From contig JBAVYH010000216.1 in NCBI GenBank assembly GCA_049698695.1, positions 6,992-70,991 of the forward strand: a stretch of 64,000 bases of DNA, written 5' to 3'. The notes beneath the pieces are model-generated. The model was not told the DNA's origin, did not search any database, and worked only from the letters and a program-made list of their open reading frames with translations. The first letter of the stretch is position 1; every line of letters begins with the position of its first letter. This DNA is from Bryobacteraceae bacterium. Lineage in GTDB: Bacteria > Acidobacteriota > Terriglobia > Bryobacterales > Bryobacteraceae. Position numbers and translations under genes: made by a program. Below are positions 28,884 to 38,846 of the stretch, in pieces.

Positions 28884-29588
28884 CTATGGCGCGATCAACC
28901 CTGCCCGAATCGCATACCGCACCATGCTGGCGGTTTCATGCACGCCCAGCTTCTCCAGGATGCGGCTCCGGTGAGACTCCACCGTTTTGTAACTGATCCC
29001 GAGTTGCTGCGCCGCCTGCCTGGTGGACTTTCCCTCCGCGACCAGCACCAACACTTGGCGTTCGCGCTCTGTCAGCGTAAACACGATGCGCAGCGCTTCC
29101 TCATCCGGCGTGAAGTACGTGCGCCGGCGGTCGCCCATTTCCGCCGCCATGCCAATGAACCCAGCCAACTCGCCCGCTCCGTTCAGGCGCGGGAGGCCGC
29201 GGTCTTCCACCCAGCAATACTCGCCGTCCGCGCGCTGCAGGCGGTATTGGATGCGGTAGGGCTGCCGCGCGCCGAATGACTTGAGATAGGTTTCGACACA
29301 AATGTCGCGATCGTCGGGCTGAAGCCCTTCGGTCCAGCCGTTTCCCAATTCCTCCGCCATCGACCGGCCGCGGAAATCCAGCCACGCGCGGTTGCAGTAA
29401 GTCCGCAACGCATCGGGCCCGGACATCCAGATCATCAATGGAGAGGAATCCGCAGCCTGGCGGAGACTTTCCTCCCCGCTTTCTTCCCGCGTTTTCGTCT
29501 GCTCGAGTTCCGCTTCCAACTCGGCAACCCGCTTGCGCCAGACGGCGCATTCTTCACATGCCATTGCGGCGGGTGTGTGCGGTTCCAT
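28884..29588 (-). CDS. PAS-domain LuxR-family transcriptional regulator
   Basis: PAS-like core (YRIQYRLQRADGEYCWVEDRG) and C-terminal LuxR HTH (LTERERQVLVLVAEGKSTRQAAQQLGISYKTVESHRSRILEKLG). Confidence 0.8.
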   Translation of the reverse strand: MEPHTPAAMACEECAVWRKRVAELEAELEQTKTREESGEESLRQAADSSPLMIWMSGPDALRTYCNRAWLDFRGRSMAEELGNGWTEGLQPDDRDICVETYLKSFGARQPYRIQYRLQRADGEYCWVEDRGLPRLNGAGELAGFIGMAAEMGDRRRTYFTPDEEALRIVFTLTERERQVLVLVAEGKSTRQAAQQLGISYKTVESHRSRILEKLGVHETASMVRYAIRAGLIAP

Positions 29589-29747
29589 GGTCTAGTTGAT
29601 GATAGATCCCCTGAAACGAGCGGTAAAGCACTAAAATGATGAAAATGGCACACCGGGATGCCCTCAGCCGCCGCTGTGTGGGGTTTGTCGACGCCCGGCA
29701 GTTTTGGAACTTTAGTGCCTTAGTATGAAAGGATTAAGTGAGGGCCG

Positions 29748-30356
29748 ATGAAGCCGCCGGAATCGGATCACCAGCTATTTGAGCGACTCCGCGCTGGCCA
29801 AGAGCAGGCATTCGTGGCTCTGTACCATCGGCGGCAGCCGTCCCTCTACCGGTTCGCCCTCCAAATGAGCGGCTCGCCGCCTGTTGCCGAAGACGTCACG
29901 CAGGAAGTGTTCCTGGCACTGTTGCGGGAGGAGTGCGGCTACGACCCGGAACGCGGGAGCCTCGCTGCCTACCTGTTCGGGATCGCGCGCAAGCTGTTGC
30001 TGCGGCAGTTCGAGCGGCGGCGCTCCGATGTCGGCTTGGACACGGGCGCCGAAGAGGCGGGGGCTGCGGAACTGGCCGATGTTTCCGACCCGCTGGCGGA
30101 CCTGACGGCCCGGGAGCGCATCGAAGCGCTGCGCCGGGCGGTGAGCAGTTTGCCGCGCCGCTATCGCGAGGTCGTGGTGCTGTGCGACTTGGAGGAAATG
30201 GACTATGCCGAGGCCGCGGCGGCGTTGGGCTGCCCGATCGGCACGGTCCGCTCACGCCTGCATCGCGCGCGGCTGCTGCTGGCGGGGAAATTGCGTGACG
30301 AACGCCATGGGAGCGCTTCGGTTCCGGCGTGGAAGACCGCGAGGTGTGCGATATGA
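29748..30356 (+). CDS. ECF-type RNA polymerase sigma-70 factor
   Basis: Region 2 (AEDVTQEVFLAL) and region 4 (YAEAAAALGCPIGTVRSRLHRAR). Confidence 0.85.
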   Translation: MKPPESDHQLFERLRAGQEQAFVALYHRRQPSLYRFALQMSGSPPVAEDVTQEVFLALLREECGYDPERGSLAAYLFGIARKLLLRQFERRRSDVGLDTGAEEAGAAELADVSDPLADLTARERIEALRRAVSSLPRRYREVVVLCDLEEMDYAEAAAALGCPIGTVRSRLHRARLLLAGKLRDERHGSASVPAWKTARCAI

Positions 30357-30925
30357 ACTGCGAAGAGTATTGGAATGATATGGCCGGAGCCGAGCCGGCG
30401 GAAGGTTTCGACGCCCACCGGGCCGCGTGCCCCTCTTGTGCGGCCCGTTGGGCGGTGGAGCGTCCGCTGGCGGCCGGCCTCCGCCTGCTGGCCGCGGATA
30501 TGCAGGATGTGTCGGCGCCGCCGCGGGTGGAAGCGCGCCTGGTGCATGCCTACCGGGAACGGTACCGGCAGCGTGTCTCGCCTGCGGGGGGCACGCTTCG
30601 GTGGTGGGCCGCCGCGGCGGCGGTATTGCTGATCGCTACCGTGCTTTGGACGGGCGTGCGGCCGCCGCCGCCCCTGGTTGCCGCCAATGCCGGAGTTGCG
30701 CCCGCCGCCGGCATCGATGAAGAGGATGCTGCGTTTATTCCGCTGCCCAATGCCGCGCCCTTGCCGCAAGATGAGGATGTCGACCTGGTACGGGTGGAAT
30801 TGCCGCGCTCCGCGATCACCGCCCTAGGCATTCCGGCGAGCGATGACGGCGGCGCGGATAGTGTGGAAGCCGAGGTTCTGGTGGGCCCGGATGGCATGGC
30901 GCGCGCCGTCCGGTTCCTAAATTGA
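30353..30925 (+). CDS. Zinc-finger (zf-HC2) anti-sigma factor, single-pass membrane protein
   Basis: ATG overlaps the sigma-factor stop (ATGA). N-terminal C..H...C..C pattern (MNCEEY...HRAACPSCAARW). One central TM helix. Confidence 0.7.
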   Translation: MNCEEYWNDMAGAEPAEGFDAHRAACPSCAARWAVERPLAAGLRLLAADMQDVSAPPRVEARLVHAYRERYRQRVSPAGGTLRWWAAAAAVLLIATVLWTGVRPPPPLVAANAGVAPAAGIDEEDAAFIPLPNAAPLPQDEDVDLVRVELPRSAITALGIPASDDGGADSVEAEVLVGPDGMARAVRFLN

Positions 30926-30950
30926 CCCGACCCTGTCGCGGGAGCAGACG

Positions 30951-31751
30951 ATGAAGATGCGCAGCAGTTTCTCCTTTCTGATGGCGGCCGCCGCTCTCGC
31001 TTGGGCGCAAAGTCCGCCCGTTGGGCACGGCCGCTTCGGTCCCGGCCCGCGCTTCCTCGGCGCTGAGGCCGGGGTGCCGCGCCGCGTGGTCACGGGCGCT
31101 CCCTTCTCGGGAGATTTGGTCACCGAAAGCACCCAGACTTTGGCCGACGGCAATCGCATCCATCAAACCAGCACCGCGCACCTGGTTCGCGATAGCGAAG
31201 GCCGCACACGCCGCGAGGAATCGCTGGCAGGCTTGGGTGCGCTGGCCACAGGCGGAGGCGCGCAGCAGGTGATCTTCATCCATGACCCGGTGGCCGGGGC
31301 AAGCTACGCCCTCGACCCGGTGCGCAAGACCGCCAATAAGTCGGCATGGGCGGGGCGACGCGCCGCCGCGAGTCCCTTTGGCGCCGCCATTGAAGCGCAG
31401 CGTGAAATGCGCGCGGGTCTCAACCAGTCCGTCAAGACCGAAGCGCTCGGCACCATGACCATCGAGGGCCTCCCCGCGCAGGGTACCCGCACCACCATCA
31501 CCATACCGGCCGGCGCCATCGGCAATGAAGCGCCCATTCAGGTGGTGACCGAACGGTGGTATTCGGCCGATCTGCAGATGGCGGTCCTGATCAAACGCAG
31601 CGATCCGCGTAGCGGCGAAACCGTCACCCGGCTGACCAGCGTGAATCGCTCCGAGCCGTCGCCCGCCCTGTTCCAGGTGCCGCCCGACTACAAGGTTATC
31701 GAACGCCCCGCGGCGCGTTTCCGCTCCCCGTCCGGCGCTGCCGAGCAGTAG
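30951..31751 (+). CDS. Secreted hypothetical protein downstream of the ECF pair
   Basis: Signal peptide MKMRSSFSFLMAAAALAWAQ. Coding-like composition. No recognised domain. Confidence 0.55.
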   Translation: MKMRSSFSFLMAAAALAWAQSPPVGHGRFGPGPRFLGAEAGVPRRVVTGAPFSGDLVTESTQTLADGNRIHQTSTAHLVRDSEGRTRREESLAGLGALATGGGAQQVIFIHDPVAGASYALDPVRKTANKSAWAGRRAAASPFGAAIEAQREMRAGLNQSVKTEALGTMTIEGLPAQGTRTTITIPAGAIGNEAPIQVVTERWYSADLQMAVLIKRSDPRSGETVTRLTSVNRSEPSPALFQVPPDYKVIERPAARFRSPSGAAEQ

Positions 31752-31909
31752 CCCGGCGCGGCCCGGAACGCCGTCTCGTCCATCCCGGCCGGGCTTGTGT
31801 CAGCCGGCAGCCGAACCGGTACTTCACATCCTTTAATCGCGCTAGACTCTTGTTTGCGCGCGGTTCAAGGCGCCGGGCACGTTTAGGCGTGCGCGGCCGG
31901 GAGGTTGGT

Positions 31910-33286
31910 GTGAGCGCATCGGCACAGACGGTTCCGTTGGCAGACCGCATTTCTCTCAAGGAGAAAATCGCATACTCCTTCGGAGACGCGGCTTCGAATT
32001 TTTATTGGAAGACCTTCGAGTTCTTCCTGATGATCTTTTACACCGACGTCTTCGGCATCTCCGCCGCGGCCGTCGGCACTATGCTGCTGGTCACGCGCGT
32101 CGCCGATGCCGTGGCGGACCCGACGATGGGCGCTATCGCCGATCGGACCAAGACGCGCTGGGGCCATTTCCGGCCGTATGTCTTGTGGTTCGCTCTCCCG
32201 CTGGTTGTGGCGGGTGTGCTGACCTTCACCACACCCAATCTTGGCGGCGGCGCCAAGCTGGTTTACGCCTACATCACCTACGGTCTGCTGATGTTCCTTT
32301 ACACGGCCGTAAACATTCCTTACACCGCGTTGATGGGCGTGATGACGCCAAACTCGCAGGAGCGCACCTCCATCTCCTCGATCCGTTTCATCGGCGCCTT
32401 CACCGCCGGGGTGTTCGTGCAGTACTTCACGCTCCGGTTCGTCAAGTTCTTCGGCCACGGCAACGACGCGCGCGGCTGGCAGCTCACCATGGTGCTGTAC
32501 GGCGTTCTCGCCCTGACCCTGTTGGTGCTCTGCTTCGCCAGCACCCGCGAGCGAGTCGCCCCGCCGCCGCAGCAGGATTCCGATATCAAGCGCGACCTCC
32601 ATGACTTGTTCGGCAGCCGGCCCTGGCTGGTGTTGGTCGGCGTCCTGCTGATGGTGCTGGCATCGTTTGCCATCAAAGGTTCAGCTTCGACTTACTACTT
32701 CAAATACTTCCTGAAGCGCGAGGACCTGGTGGGGGCGTTCCTGGTCTCGAACGGTCTGGCGTTTCTGATGGCTGTTTCAATCACCTCGCGCATGGCGAAG
32801 TGGTTCGGCAAGAAACCGCTGTTCATGTTCGCGATCGGCGTCGGCGGGCTGGTGATTGGAGGTTTCTGGCTGGCGGGACCTTCGGACTTCTGGCTGATCT
32901 TCGTGCTGCAAATCGTCTCCAGCTTCGTGATCGGGTTCAACTCGCCGCTGGTCTTCGCCATGTTCGCGGATACCGCCGACCACGCCGAATGGCGCACCGG
33001 CCGCCGCACCACAGGATTGGTTTTCGCCTCGGCCATCTTCAGCACCAAGATCGGCGCAGCAATCGGCTCCTGGATGTTCGGCCTCATCCTCGCCTACTTC
33101 GGTTACGTGGCTAACGTGGAGCAAACCGCCCGCTCACTCCACGGAATCATCCTCACCATGAGCTGGATTCCATGCGTGCTGCTGGTAATGGCTGCCGCCA
33201 CCATGATGCTTTATCCGTTGAACGATCCCCTGATGGTGAAGATTGAGGCAGATCTAAAAGCGCGGCGGGGAGAGGCCGAAGCATGA
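31910..33286 (+). CDS. GPH-family (glycoside-pentoside-hexuronide:cation) MFS symporter
   Basis: KEKIAYSFGDAASNFYW, DAVADPTMGAIADRT..RWGHFRPY and 12 TM helices. GTG 31910 is preceded by GGGAGG. The track start at 31850 is less likely. Confidence 0.8.
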   Translation: MSASAQTVPLADRISLKEKIAYSFGDAASNFYWKTFEFFLMIFYTDVFGISAAAVGTMLLVTRVADAVADPTMGAIADRTKTRWGHFRPYVLWFALPLVVAGVLTFTTPNLGGGAKLVYAYITYGLLMFLYTAVNIPYTALMGVMTPNSQERTSISSIRFIGAFTAGVFVQYFTLRFVKFFGHGNDARGWQLTMVLYGVLALTLLVLCFASTRERVAPPPQQDSDIKRDLHDLFGSRPWLVLVGVLLMVLASFAIKGSASTYYFKYFLKREDLVGAFLVSNGLAFLMAVSITSRMAKWFGKKPLFMFAIGVGGLVIGGFWLAGPSDFWLIFVLQIVSSFVIGFNSPLVFAMFADTADHAEWRTGRRTTGLVFASAIFSTKIGAAIGSWMFGLILAYFGYVANVEQTARSLHGIILTMSWIPCVLLVMAAATMMLYPLNDPLMVKIEADLKARRGEAEA

Positions 33287-34356
33287 AGACCGCATTGCAG
33301 CCGTGGCGCACGCAGTCCTGCGTGCAGCGTCGAGATTCGTCTCGACGTTTCTTCACTCTGCGGCAGTTTGTTCTTTGCACATTCGCCGTGTGCCTGTTTG
33401 CCATGCCGTCTTCCGCGCTGGCGGCAGATCTGACCGTGCAGCAATGGAACGGTAACGGCATCGACTACTCCGGCTACCGGGCGGGCCAGAACCCGCAATT
33501 GAACCGCTTCCCGACGCAGGCGCAGATCCTCGAAGATCTCAAGATCCTGGAGAGGAACTGGACCCTGATCCGTCTCTACGGCGGGGATCAGCACTCCCAG
33601 GACGTGCTCGAAGTCATCCGGCGCGAGAAGATCGGCCTGAAGGTGCTGCTCGGTATATGGCTCGATGGCAGGCCCGGCCACGAAGCTGAGAGCGCGCAGC
33701 AGACCGCGACTGGAATCCGCCTGGCCAATGAGTATAAGGACATCGTGCTGGCGGTCGCGGTCGGCAACGAGATCCTCGTAACCTGGTCCGACCACAAGCT
33801 GACCGAAGAGAAAGCGCTCGAGTACGTCGCGCAGGTCAAGAAGGCGGTGAGCTGCCCGGTGACGGTCGCCGACGACTATCTCTACTGGCAACAGCCGCAG
33901 GCGAAGCTGGCGGACGCGGTGGATTTCATCGTCATGCACACGTATCCGATGTGGGGCCACGAGGACATTGAAACTGCCATGCCTTCGACCATCAGGAACT
34001 ATGAGAGCGTGCGCAAGGCGCATCCGGGAAAAACCATCGTTCTCGGCGAGGCGGGCTGGGCTTCCTACACCGTCGGCAAACAGCACGCTCCGCGGGCCGG
34101 CGACGAGAAGAAGCAGAAGCGTTATTACGAGGAACTGACCGCCTGGGCGAAGGCTAACAACGTAACGCTATTCTGGTTCGAGGCGTTTGACGAGCCCTGG
34201 AAGGGGAGCGGGACCGAGGGCCACTGGGGCCTCTTCTCCGAGGGCCGCAAGGCGAAGCTGGCCATGCAGGCGCTGTATCCGGACCTGATGCCCACCGGGC
34301 CGACCTCGCACGGTTACGATTCGCCGGCCGCGCCCGCCGTCAAGGCGAACCAATGA
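33283..34356 (+). CDS. Glycoside hydrolase family 17-like beta-1,3-glucanase, secreted
   Basis: Signal peptide. VAVGNEILV (acid/base Glu region) and VLGEAGWAS (nucleophile Glu region) match the GH17 pattern. ATGA overlaps with both neighbours. Confidence 0.7.
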   Translation: MKTALQPWRTQSCVQRRDSSRRFFTLRQFVLCTFAVCLFAMPSSALAADLTVQQWNGNGIDYSGYRAGQNPQLNRFPTQAQILEDLKILERNWTLIRLYGGDQHSQDVLEVIRREKIGLKVLLGIWLDGRPGHEAESAQQTATGIRLANEYKDIVLAVAVGNEILVTWSDHKLTEEKALEYVAQVKKAVSCPVTVADDYLYWQQPQAKLADAVDFIVMHTYPMWGHEDIETAMPSTIRNYESVRKAHPGKTIVLGEAGWASYTVGKQHAPRAGDEKKQKRYYEELTAWAKANNVTLFWFEAFDEPWKGSGTEGHWGLFSEGRKAKLAMQALYPDLMPTGPTSHGYDSPAAPAVKANQ

Positions 34357-37300
34357 GCACGGCCTTCGTCGGCGAAGCGCCGCTGCAGCGCGGCGCGCGA
34401 CAGGTGGAGGGCGGATCCATCGTCATCGGCGGCGAGCGTTTCTACCGCATCGTCAATTACGACGCGATGGCGCCGTTCCTGATGAGCCTGGTCAGCGGCT
34501 CGGACCATTGGATGTTCGTCTCGAGCACCGGCGGGCTCACCGCCGGCCGCAGGGATCCCGACCACGCCCTGTTCCCCTATTACACCGACGACCGCATTCA
34601 TGACAGCCAGGACCAGACCGGCGGCAAAACAATTCTGATCGCGACACGCAAAGGGCGCGCTGCGCTGTGGGAGCCTTTCTCACAGCGTTACGAGGGCCTG
34701 TACCGCATCACGCGAAGCCTGGCGAAGAGCGTCTATAGCAACAAGATCGTATTCGAGGAAGTCAACCACGATCTCGCGCTGTCGTTTTCCTGCGCCTGGA
34801 TGACGAGCGATCGTTTCGGCTTTGTGCGGCGCGCGACGCTGGCCAACCTGGGCGCGGAGCCGGTCGAAATCGATCTGCTCGATGGCATCCAGAACCTCTT
34901 GCCGCACGGCCTCACGCGCCGCTTCCAGATGGAGTACAGCACACTGGCGGATGGTTACAAGGAGGACGAGCTCGAACCCGAAACCGGCCTGGGCCTCTTC
35001 AAGCTCAGCTCGGTTCCAGCCGACCGCCCCGAGCCCAACGAGGCGCTCCGCGTGACTACGGTCTGGTCCGAAGGCATTGAACCGGCGCGCCGCCTGCTGT
35101 GCGCGGAGCAGCTGGGTCGATTCCGCCGGGGTGAGGCGGTGGAAGAGGAAACGCTGATCCGCGGCCGCCGTGGCTCGTATTTCGTCAACACCCGGCTGTC
35201 ACTCGCCGCCGCCGCACGCAAAGACTGGAGCCTGGTGGCGGAAGTGGATCAGGACGCCGCGGCTGTGGCGGCAATTGTCGGCCTGCTCAAGTCCGCCGGC
35301 GCGGCGTCATTACGTGGCAACTGCACCAACCGCCCCCCTACGGTCGCGGCTCCGATGCGCGCTCAGAGCCGCGACCGTGAGGGAACGGTAGCCGTCGATT
35401 CGAGCCCTAACCTGCGCGCGCAACTGGACGAGGACGTCGAGCGCGGCACTCGCAACCTGGTTCGCATCGTGGCCGCCGCCGACGGCCTCCAGCTTACCGG
35501 CGATGACCTCAGCTCTGACCGGCATTTCTCGAACACGCTGTTTAACGTGATGCGCGGCGGAATCCCCGACTCCGGCTACCTCATATCCCGCTCTAACTTC
35601 AAGGCGTTCGTTGGTAAGGCCAACCACGCGGTCGCCGAACGGCAAGCCGCGTTCGTGAACGCGCTCGACGAGACGCTGCCGCACAGCCGCCTGCTGGCGC
35701 TGGTGCGCGAGCAAGGCGACCCGGATCTCGAGCGCCTGGCGCACGAGTACCTGCCGCTGACCTTCAGCCGCCGTCACGGCGATCCCAGCCGCCCATGGAA
35801 CATTTTCTCCATCGAGGTGAAGTCCGAGCACGGCGAGCGAATCCTCAACTACCAGGGCAACTGGCGCGACATTTTCCAGAACTGGGAAGCGCTGGCGCTC
35901 TCCTTTCCCGGTTACGTGGAGAGCATGATCTTCAAGTTCGCCGGCGCCTCCACCGCCGATGGCTACAATCCGTACCGCATCATGCGCGACGGCTTCGACT
36001 GGGAGGTGCTCGATCCGCACGACGCCTGGTCTTACATCGGCTACTGGGGCGACCACCAGGTGGTCTACCTCTTGAAGCTGCTCGAAGTTTCTGCGCGCTA
36101 TCATCCCGGCGCCCTGGCGGGGCTGCTGACGCGGCGCGTCTTCACTTATGCCAACGTTCCCTACCGCATCAAGCCGTATCGCTCTCTGCTCGAAGATCCG
36201 CGCAACACCATCGATTTCGACTTCGCTCTCGATCGCGAGATTCGCCAGCGGGCCGAAGCCGTGGGCGCGGAAGGTAAATCTCTGCCGGGTGCCGATGGCG
36301 CGCCGTATCGCGTGAACCTGGCCGAAAAGTTGCTGGTCCTGGTGCTGGCGCGCCTCTTCAACTACATCCCCGAAGCCGGTCTCTGGATGAACACCCAGCG
36401 GCCGGAGTGGAATGACGCCAACAATGCGCTGGTCGGCTCCGGCGTCTCGATGGTGACGCTCTACTTCCTGCGGCGGTTTCTGTCGTTCTGCCGGGGCATT
36501 TTCGGCGCTGCGGGCACACCGGCGGTCGAGGTTTCCGCGGAAGTCGCAGAGGCCTTTCGGCGCGTCTCCGAAGCGCTGGAACGGCATGCGGGCCTGCTCG
36601 GCGTACCGATTTCGGACCGCGACCGCAAACGGGTCCTCGATGATTTGGGAATCGTAGGGAGCGACTACCGGGCTGGTCTTTATGCCCACGGGTTCTCAGG
36701 CCAGCAAGCAGCGCTCAGTGTCGCCGAGCTGGGCGCCTTCTGCGAGGTGGCGCTGCGCCACATCGACCATTCGATTCGCGCCAACCGGCGCGAGGACGGC
36801 CTCTATCACGCCTACAACCTCATGAAGGTCGATGGCGATGCGATCGTCATTCGCCGCCTCTACGAGATGCTGGAGGGCCAGATGGCAGTGCTGAGCTCGG
36901 GCGCGCTCTCCGCCCAGGAATCGGCGGCGCTGCTTGATGCGCTTCGCAACAGCCGCCTTTACCGTGCCGACCAGAACAGCTATGTTCTGTATCCGGACCG
37001 CAAGCTGCCGGGCTTTTTCGAAAAGAACAACATCCCGGCCTCGGCCATCGCGCAATCGAAGACGCTGGCCGCGATGATTGAACGCGGCGACCGCCGCATT
37101 GTGGTCGAGGATGTGAATGGCGTGGCTCATTTCAACGCGGCCTTCCGTAACGCCGCGCTGTTAAAGGACGCGCTCGCCGGCCTGGGCCTGACGGATGAAG
37201 AGCGCGCGCAGATTCTCGCGCTGTACGAAAACGTGTTCGATCACCAGTCCTTCACCGGCCGCTCGGGCACGTTCTACAAATACGAAGGGCTCGGCTGCAT

Positions 37301-37892
37301 TTACTGGCACATGGTTTCGAAGCTCCTGCTGGCCGTTCAGGAGGTGCTCGATCGGGCCGGCTGCGCAGGCGATGACGCCGCGGTAGTCGAACGCCTCAGG
37401 AGCCACTACCACCAGGTCCGCGAGGGCATCGGCGTCCACAAGCCGCCGGAGCTGTACGGCGCCATCCCTACCGACCCTTACTCCCACACGCCCGGTTTCG
37501 CGGGTGTGCAGCAGCCCGGCATGACCGGCCAGGTGAAAGAGGATCTCATCTCCCGGTTCGGCGAGATGGGCGCCGCCGTCACCGATGGACGGCTGTGCTT
37601 CCGCCGTCACCTGGTCAGCCGCGTCGAGTTTCTGCGAGTGGCGAGGACGTTCCACTTCTACGATGTCGACGGCGAGGAGCGCAGCCTCGATCTCGAGCCC
37701 GCCACGATGGCATTCACCACCTGCCAGACGCCGGTGGTGGCCCATCAGCCGGGCCCGCCCAGGATCGAGATCACCCGTGCCGGCGGCAGCCTGCAAGTGG
37801 TGGAAGGGCTCGACCTCGACGCCGGGACCAGCGCGGCGATATTCGAGCGCAGTGGAGCGGTCCGGCGGCTGGACGTGTTCGTCGGGTTCTAA
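34353..37892 (+). CDS. Large (1179 aa) cytoplasmic uncharacterised protein; putative GH94/GH149/GH161-like glycoside phosphorylase
   Basis: No signal peptide. Translationally coupled to the GH17 gene. Motifs GNWRDIFQNWE (~35859) and RPEWNDANNALVG (~36400) resemble the RD..QD and DWND catalytic blocks of GH94-type phosphorylases. Confidence 0.45.
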   Translation: MSTAFVGEAPLQRGARQVEGGSIVIGGERFYRIVNYDAMAPFLMSLVSGSDHWMFVSSTGGLTAGRRDPDHALFPYYTDDRIHDSQDQTGGKTILIATRKGRAALWEPFSQRYEGLYRITRSLAKSVYSNKIVFEEVNHDLALSFSCAWMTSDRFGFVRRATLANLGAEPVEIDLLDGIQNLLPHGLTRRFQMEYSTLADGYKEDELEPETGLGLFKLSSVPADRPEPNEALRVTTVWSEGIEPARRLLCAEQLGRFRRGEAVEEETLIRGRRGSYFVNTRLSLAAAARKDWSLVAEVDQDAAAVAAIVGLLKSAGAASLRGNCTNRPPTVAAPMRAQSRDREGTVAVDSSPNLRAQLDEDVERGTRNLVRIVAAADGLQLTGDDLSSDRHFSNTLFNVMRGGIPDSGYLISRSNFKAFVGKANHAVAERQAAFVNALDETLPHSRLLALVREQGDPDLERLAHEYLPLTFSRRHGDPSRPWNIFSIEVKSEHGERILNYQGNWRDIFQNWEALALSFPGYVESMIFKFAGASTADGYNPYRIMRDGFDWEVLDPHDAWSYIGYWGDHQVVYLLKLLEVSARYHPGALAGLLTRRVFTYANVPYRIKPYRSLLEDPRNTIDFDFALDREIRQRAEAVGAEGKSLPGADGAPYRVNLAEKLLVLVLARLFNYIPEAGLWMNTQRPEWNDANNALVGSGVSMVTLYFLRRFLSFCRGIFGAAGTPAVEVSAEVAEAFRRVSEALERHAGLLGVPISDRDRKRVLDDLGIVGSDYRAGLYAHGFSGQQAALSVAELGAFCEVALRHIDHSIRANRREDGLYHAYNLMKVDGDAIVIRRLYEMLEGQMAVLSSGALSAQESAALLDALRNSRLYRADQNSYVLYPDRKLPGFFEKNNIPASAIAQSKTLAAMIERGDRRIVVEDVNGVAHFNAAFRNAALLKDALAGLGLTDEERAQILALYENVFDHQSFTGRSGTFYKYEGLGCIYWHMVSKLLLAVQEVLDRAGCAGDDAAVVERLRSHYHQVREGIGVHKPPELYGAIPTDPYSHTPGFAGVQQPGMTGQVKEDLISRFGEMGAAVTDGRLCFRRHLVSRVEFLRVARTFHFYDVDGEERSLDLEPATMAFTTCQTPVVAHQPGPPRIEITRAGGSLQVVEGLDLDAGTSAAIFERSGAVRRLDVFVGF

Positions 37893-37990
37893 GCGCCGCC
37901 GCGCGGCCGCGCCCGGCGCTACAATCATGCTGCACTCGGGATGTGGTGTCACTTTTTGCCGGGAACCGCATCTCCAGTACCAGAGGCCAC

Positions 37991-38395
37991 ATGGAAGTCA
38001 GCATTCGGTATCAGGGTAACGTCAGATTCGAAGCCGAAGCGCGCGGGCATCGCGTGATTTCGGACCAACCGGTGTCAAACGGCGGCGAGGACGGAGGCAT
38101 GACGCCGCCGGAGCTGCTGGTTTCGTCGCTGGGCACCTGCGCCGGTTATTACGCCGCGCAGTATTTGAAGGCGCGGTCCCTTTCGGCGGAGGGACTCGAA
38201 ATCCGCGTGACCGCAGACAAGGCCCTGCAACCGGCCCGGCTGGCCCAGTTCCGCATTGAGGTGACCGTTCCCGGCCTGGACGCCGCGCACGAGGCCGGCA
38301 TTCTGCGGGCTGTGAAATCCTGCCTGATTCACCACACGCTGCTCCAGCCGCCGGCCATCGAAACGGTGTTCAAGGCCGTCGCGACGGTAAGCTAG
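37991..38395 (+). CDS. OsmC/Ohr family peroxiredoxin-like protein
   Basis: GGEDGGMTPPELLVSSLGTCAGYY and CLIHHTL contain the two conserved Cys. The track ORF start at 37595 is an extension overlapping the upstream gene. Confidence 0.8.
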   Translation: MEVSIRYQGNVRFEAEARGHRVISDQPVSNGGEDGGMTPPELLVSSLGTCAGYYAAQYLKARSLSAEGLEIRVTADKALQPARLAQFRIEVTVPGLDAAHEAGILRAVKSCLIHHTLLQPPAIETVFKAVATVS

Positions 38396-38423
38396 CGCCA
38401 CGACTGTGTGAGGGCATTCCTTT

Positions 38424-38499
38424 GTGGGGCAGCTTGCCAAGCTGCGGTCCGATTGCGCGGCGGTTGCCAACCGCCGCGCAGGATGCCATCCTGCCCCAC
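38424..38499. other. Cluster of three GC-rich hairpins 3' of osmC
   Basis: The three hairpins are GCAGCTT-GCC-AAGCTGC, GCGCGGCGG-TTGCCAA-CCGCCGCGC (38455-38479) and GCAGGAT-GCC-ATCCTGC. They are bracketed by GTGGGGCAG...CTGCCCCAC. Confidence 0.4.
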
Positions 38500-38600
38500 G
38501 CCGAGTCGCCGCCTGCTTCAAACTCGGCAAGCCGTTACTCGCCCGGCTTCGCTTTTTGACGTGCCTCACGCCGCGCCGCGGCGTCGCAAGAGTTCGCCAT

Positions 38601-38690
38601 TCAAGTGCCCACGCCCAGGCGCGGCAGCACCCATTTCATCAGCGCGAAATACGCGGCCATCAACAGGACGATCTGCAACCAGTCGGGCAC
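38601..38690 (-). CDS. Candidate 29-aa small membrane protein
   Basis: GTG start preceded by GGAGGAG at suitable spacing. Encodes VPDWLQIVLLMAAYFALMKWVLPRLGVGT (one TM helix). Below the track size cut-off. Confidence 0.35.
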   Translation of the reverse strand: MPDWLQIVLLMAAYFALMKWVLPRLGVGT

Positions 38691-38846
38691 GGTAGCTCCT
38701 CCGTCTATTGTCCCAGATGCAATGCACGCCGCGAGGTGACACGGCGCGCCGCCAGCAGGTTAAGAGCGCCCGAGCACCGCTAGTTGACGCGCGCGGCTCC
38801 GAAGCGTTACACCCAGGGCGGATGGCCTTCTCTGGCGTTGGCCGCG

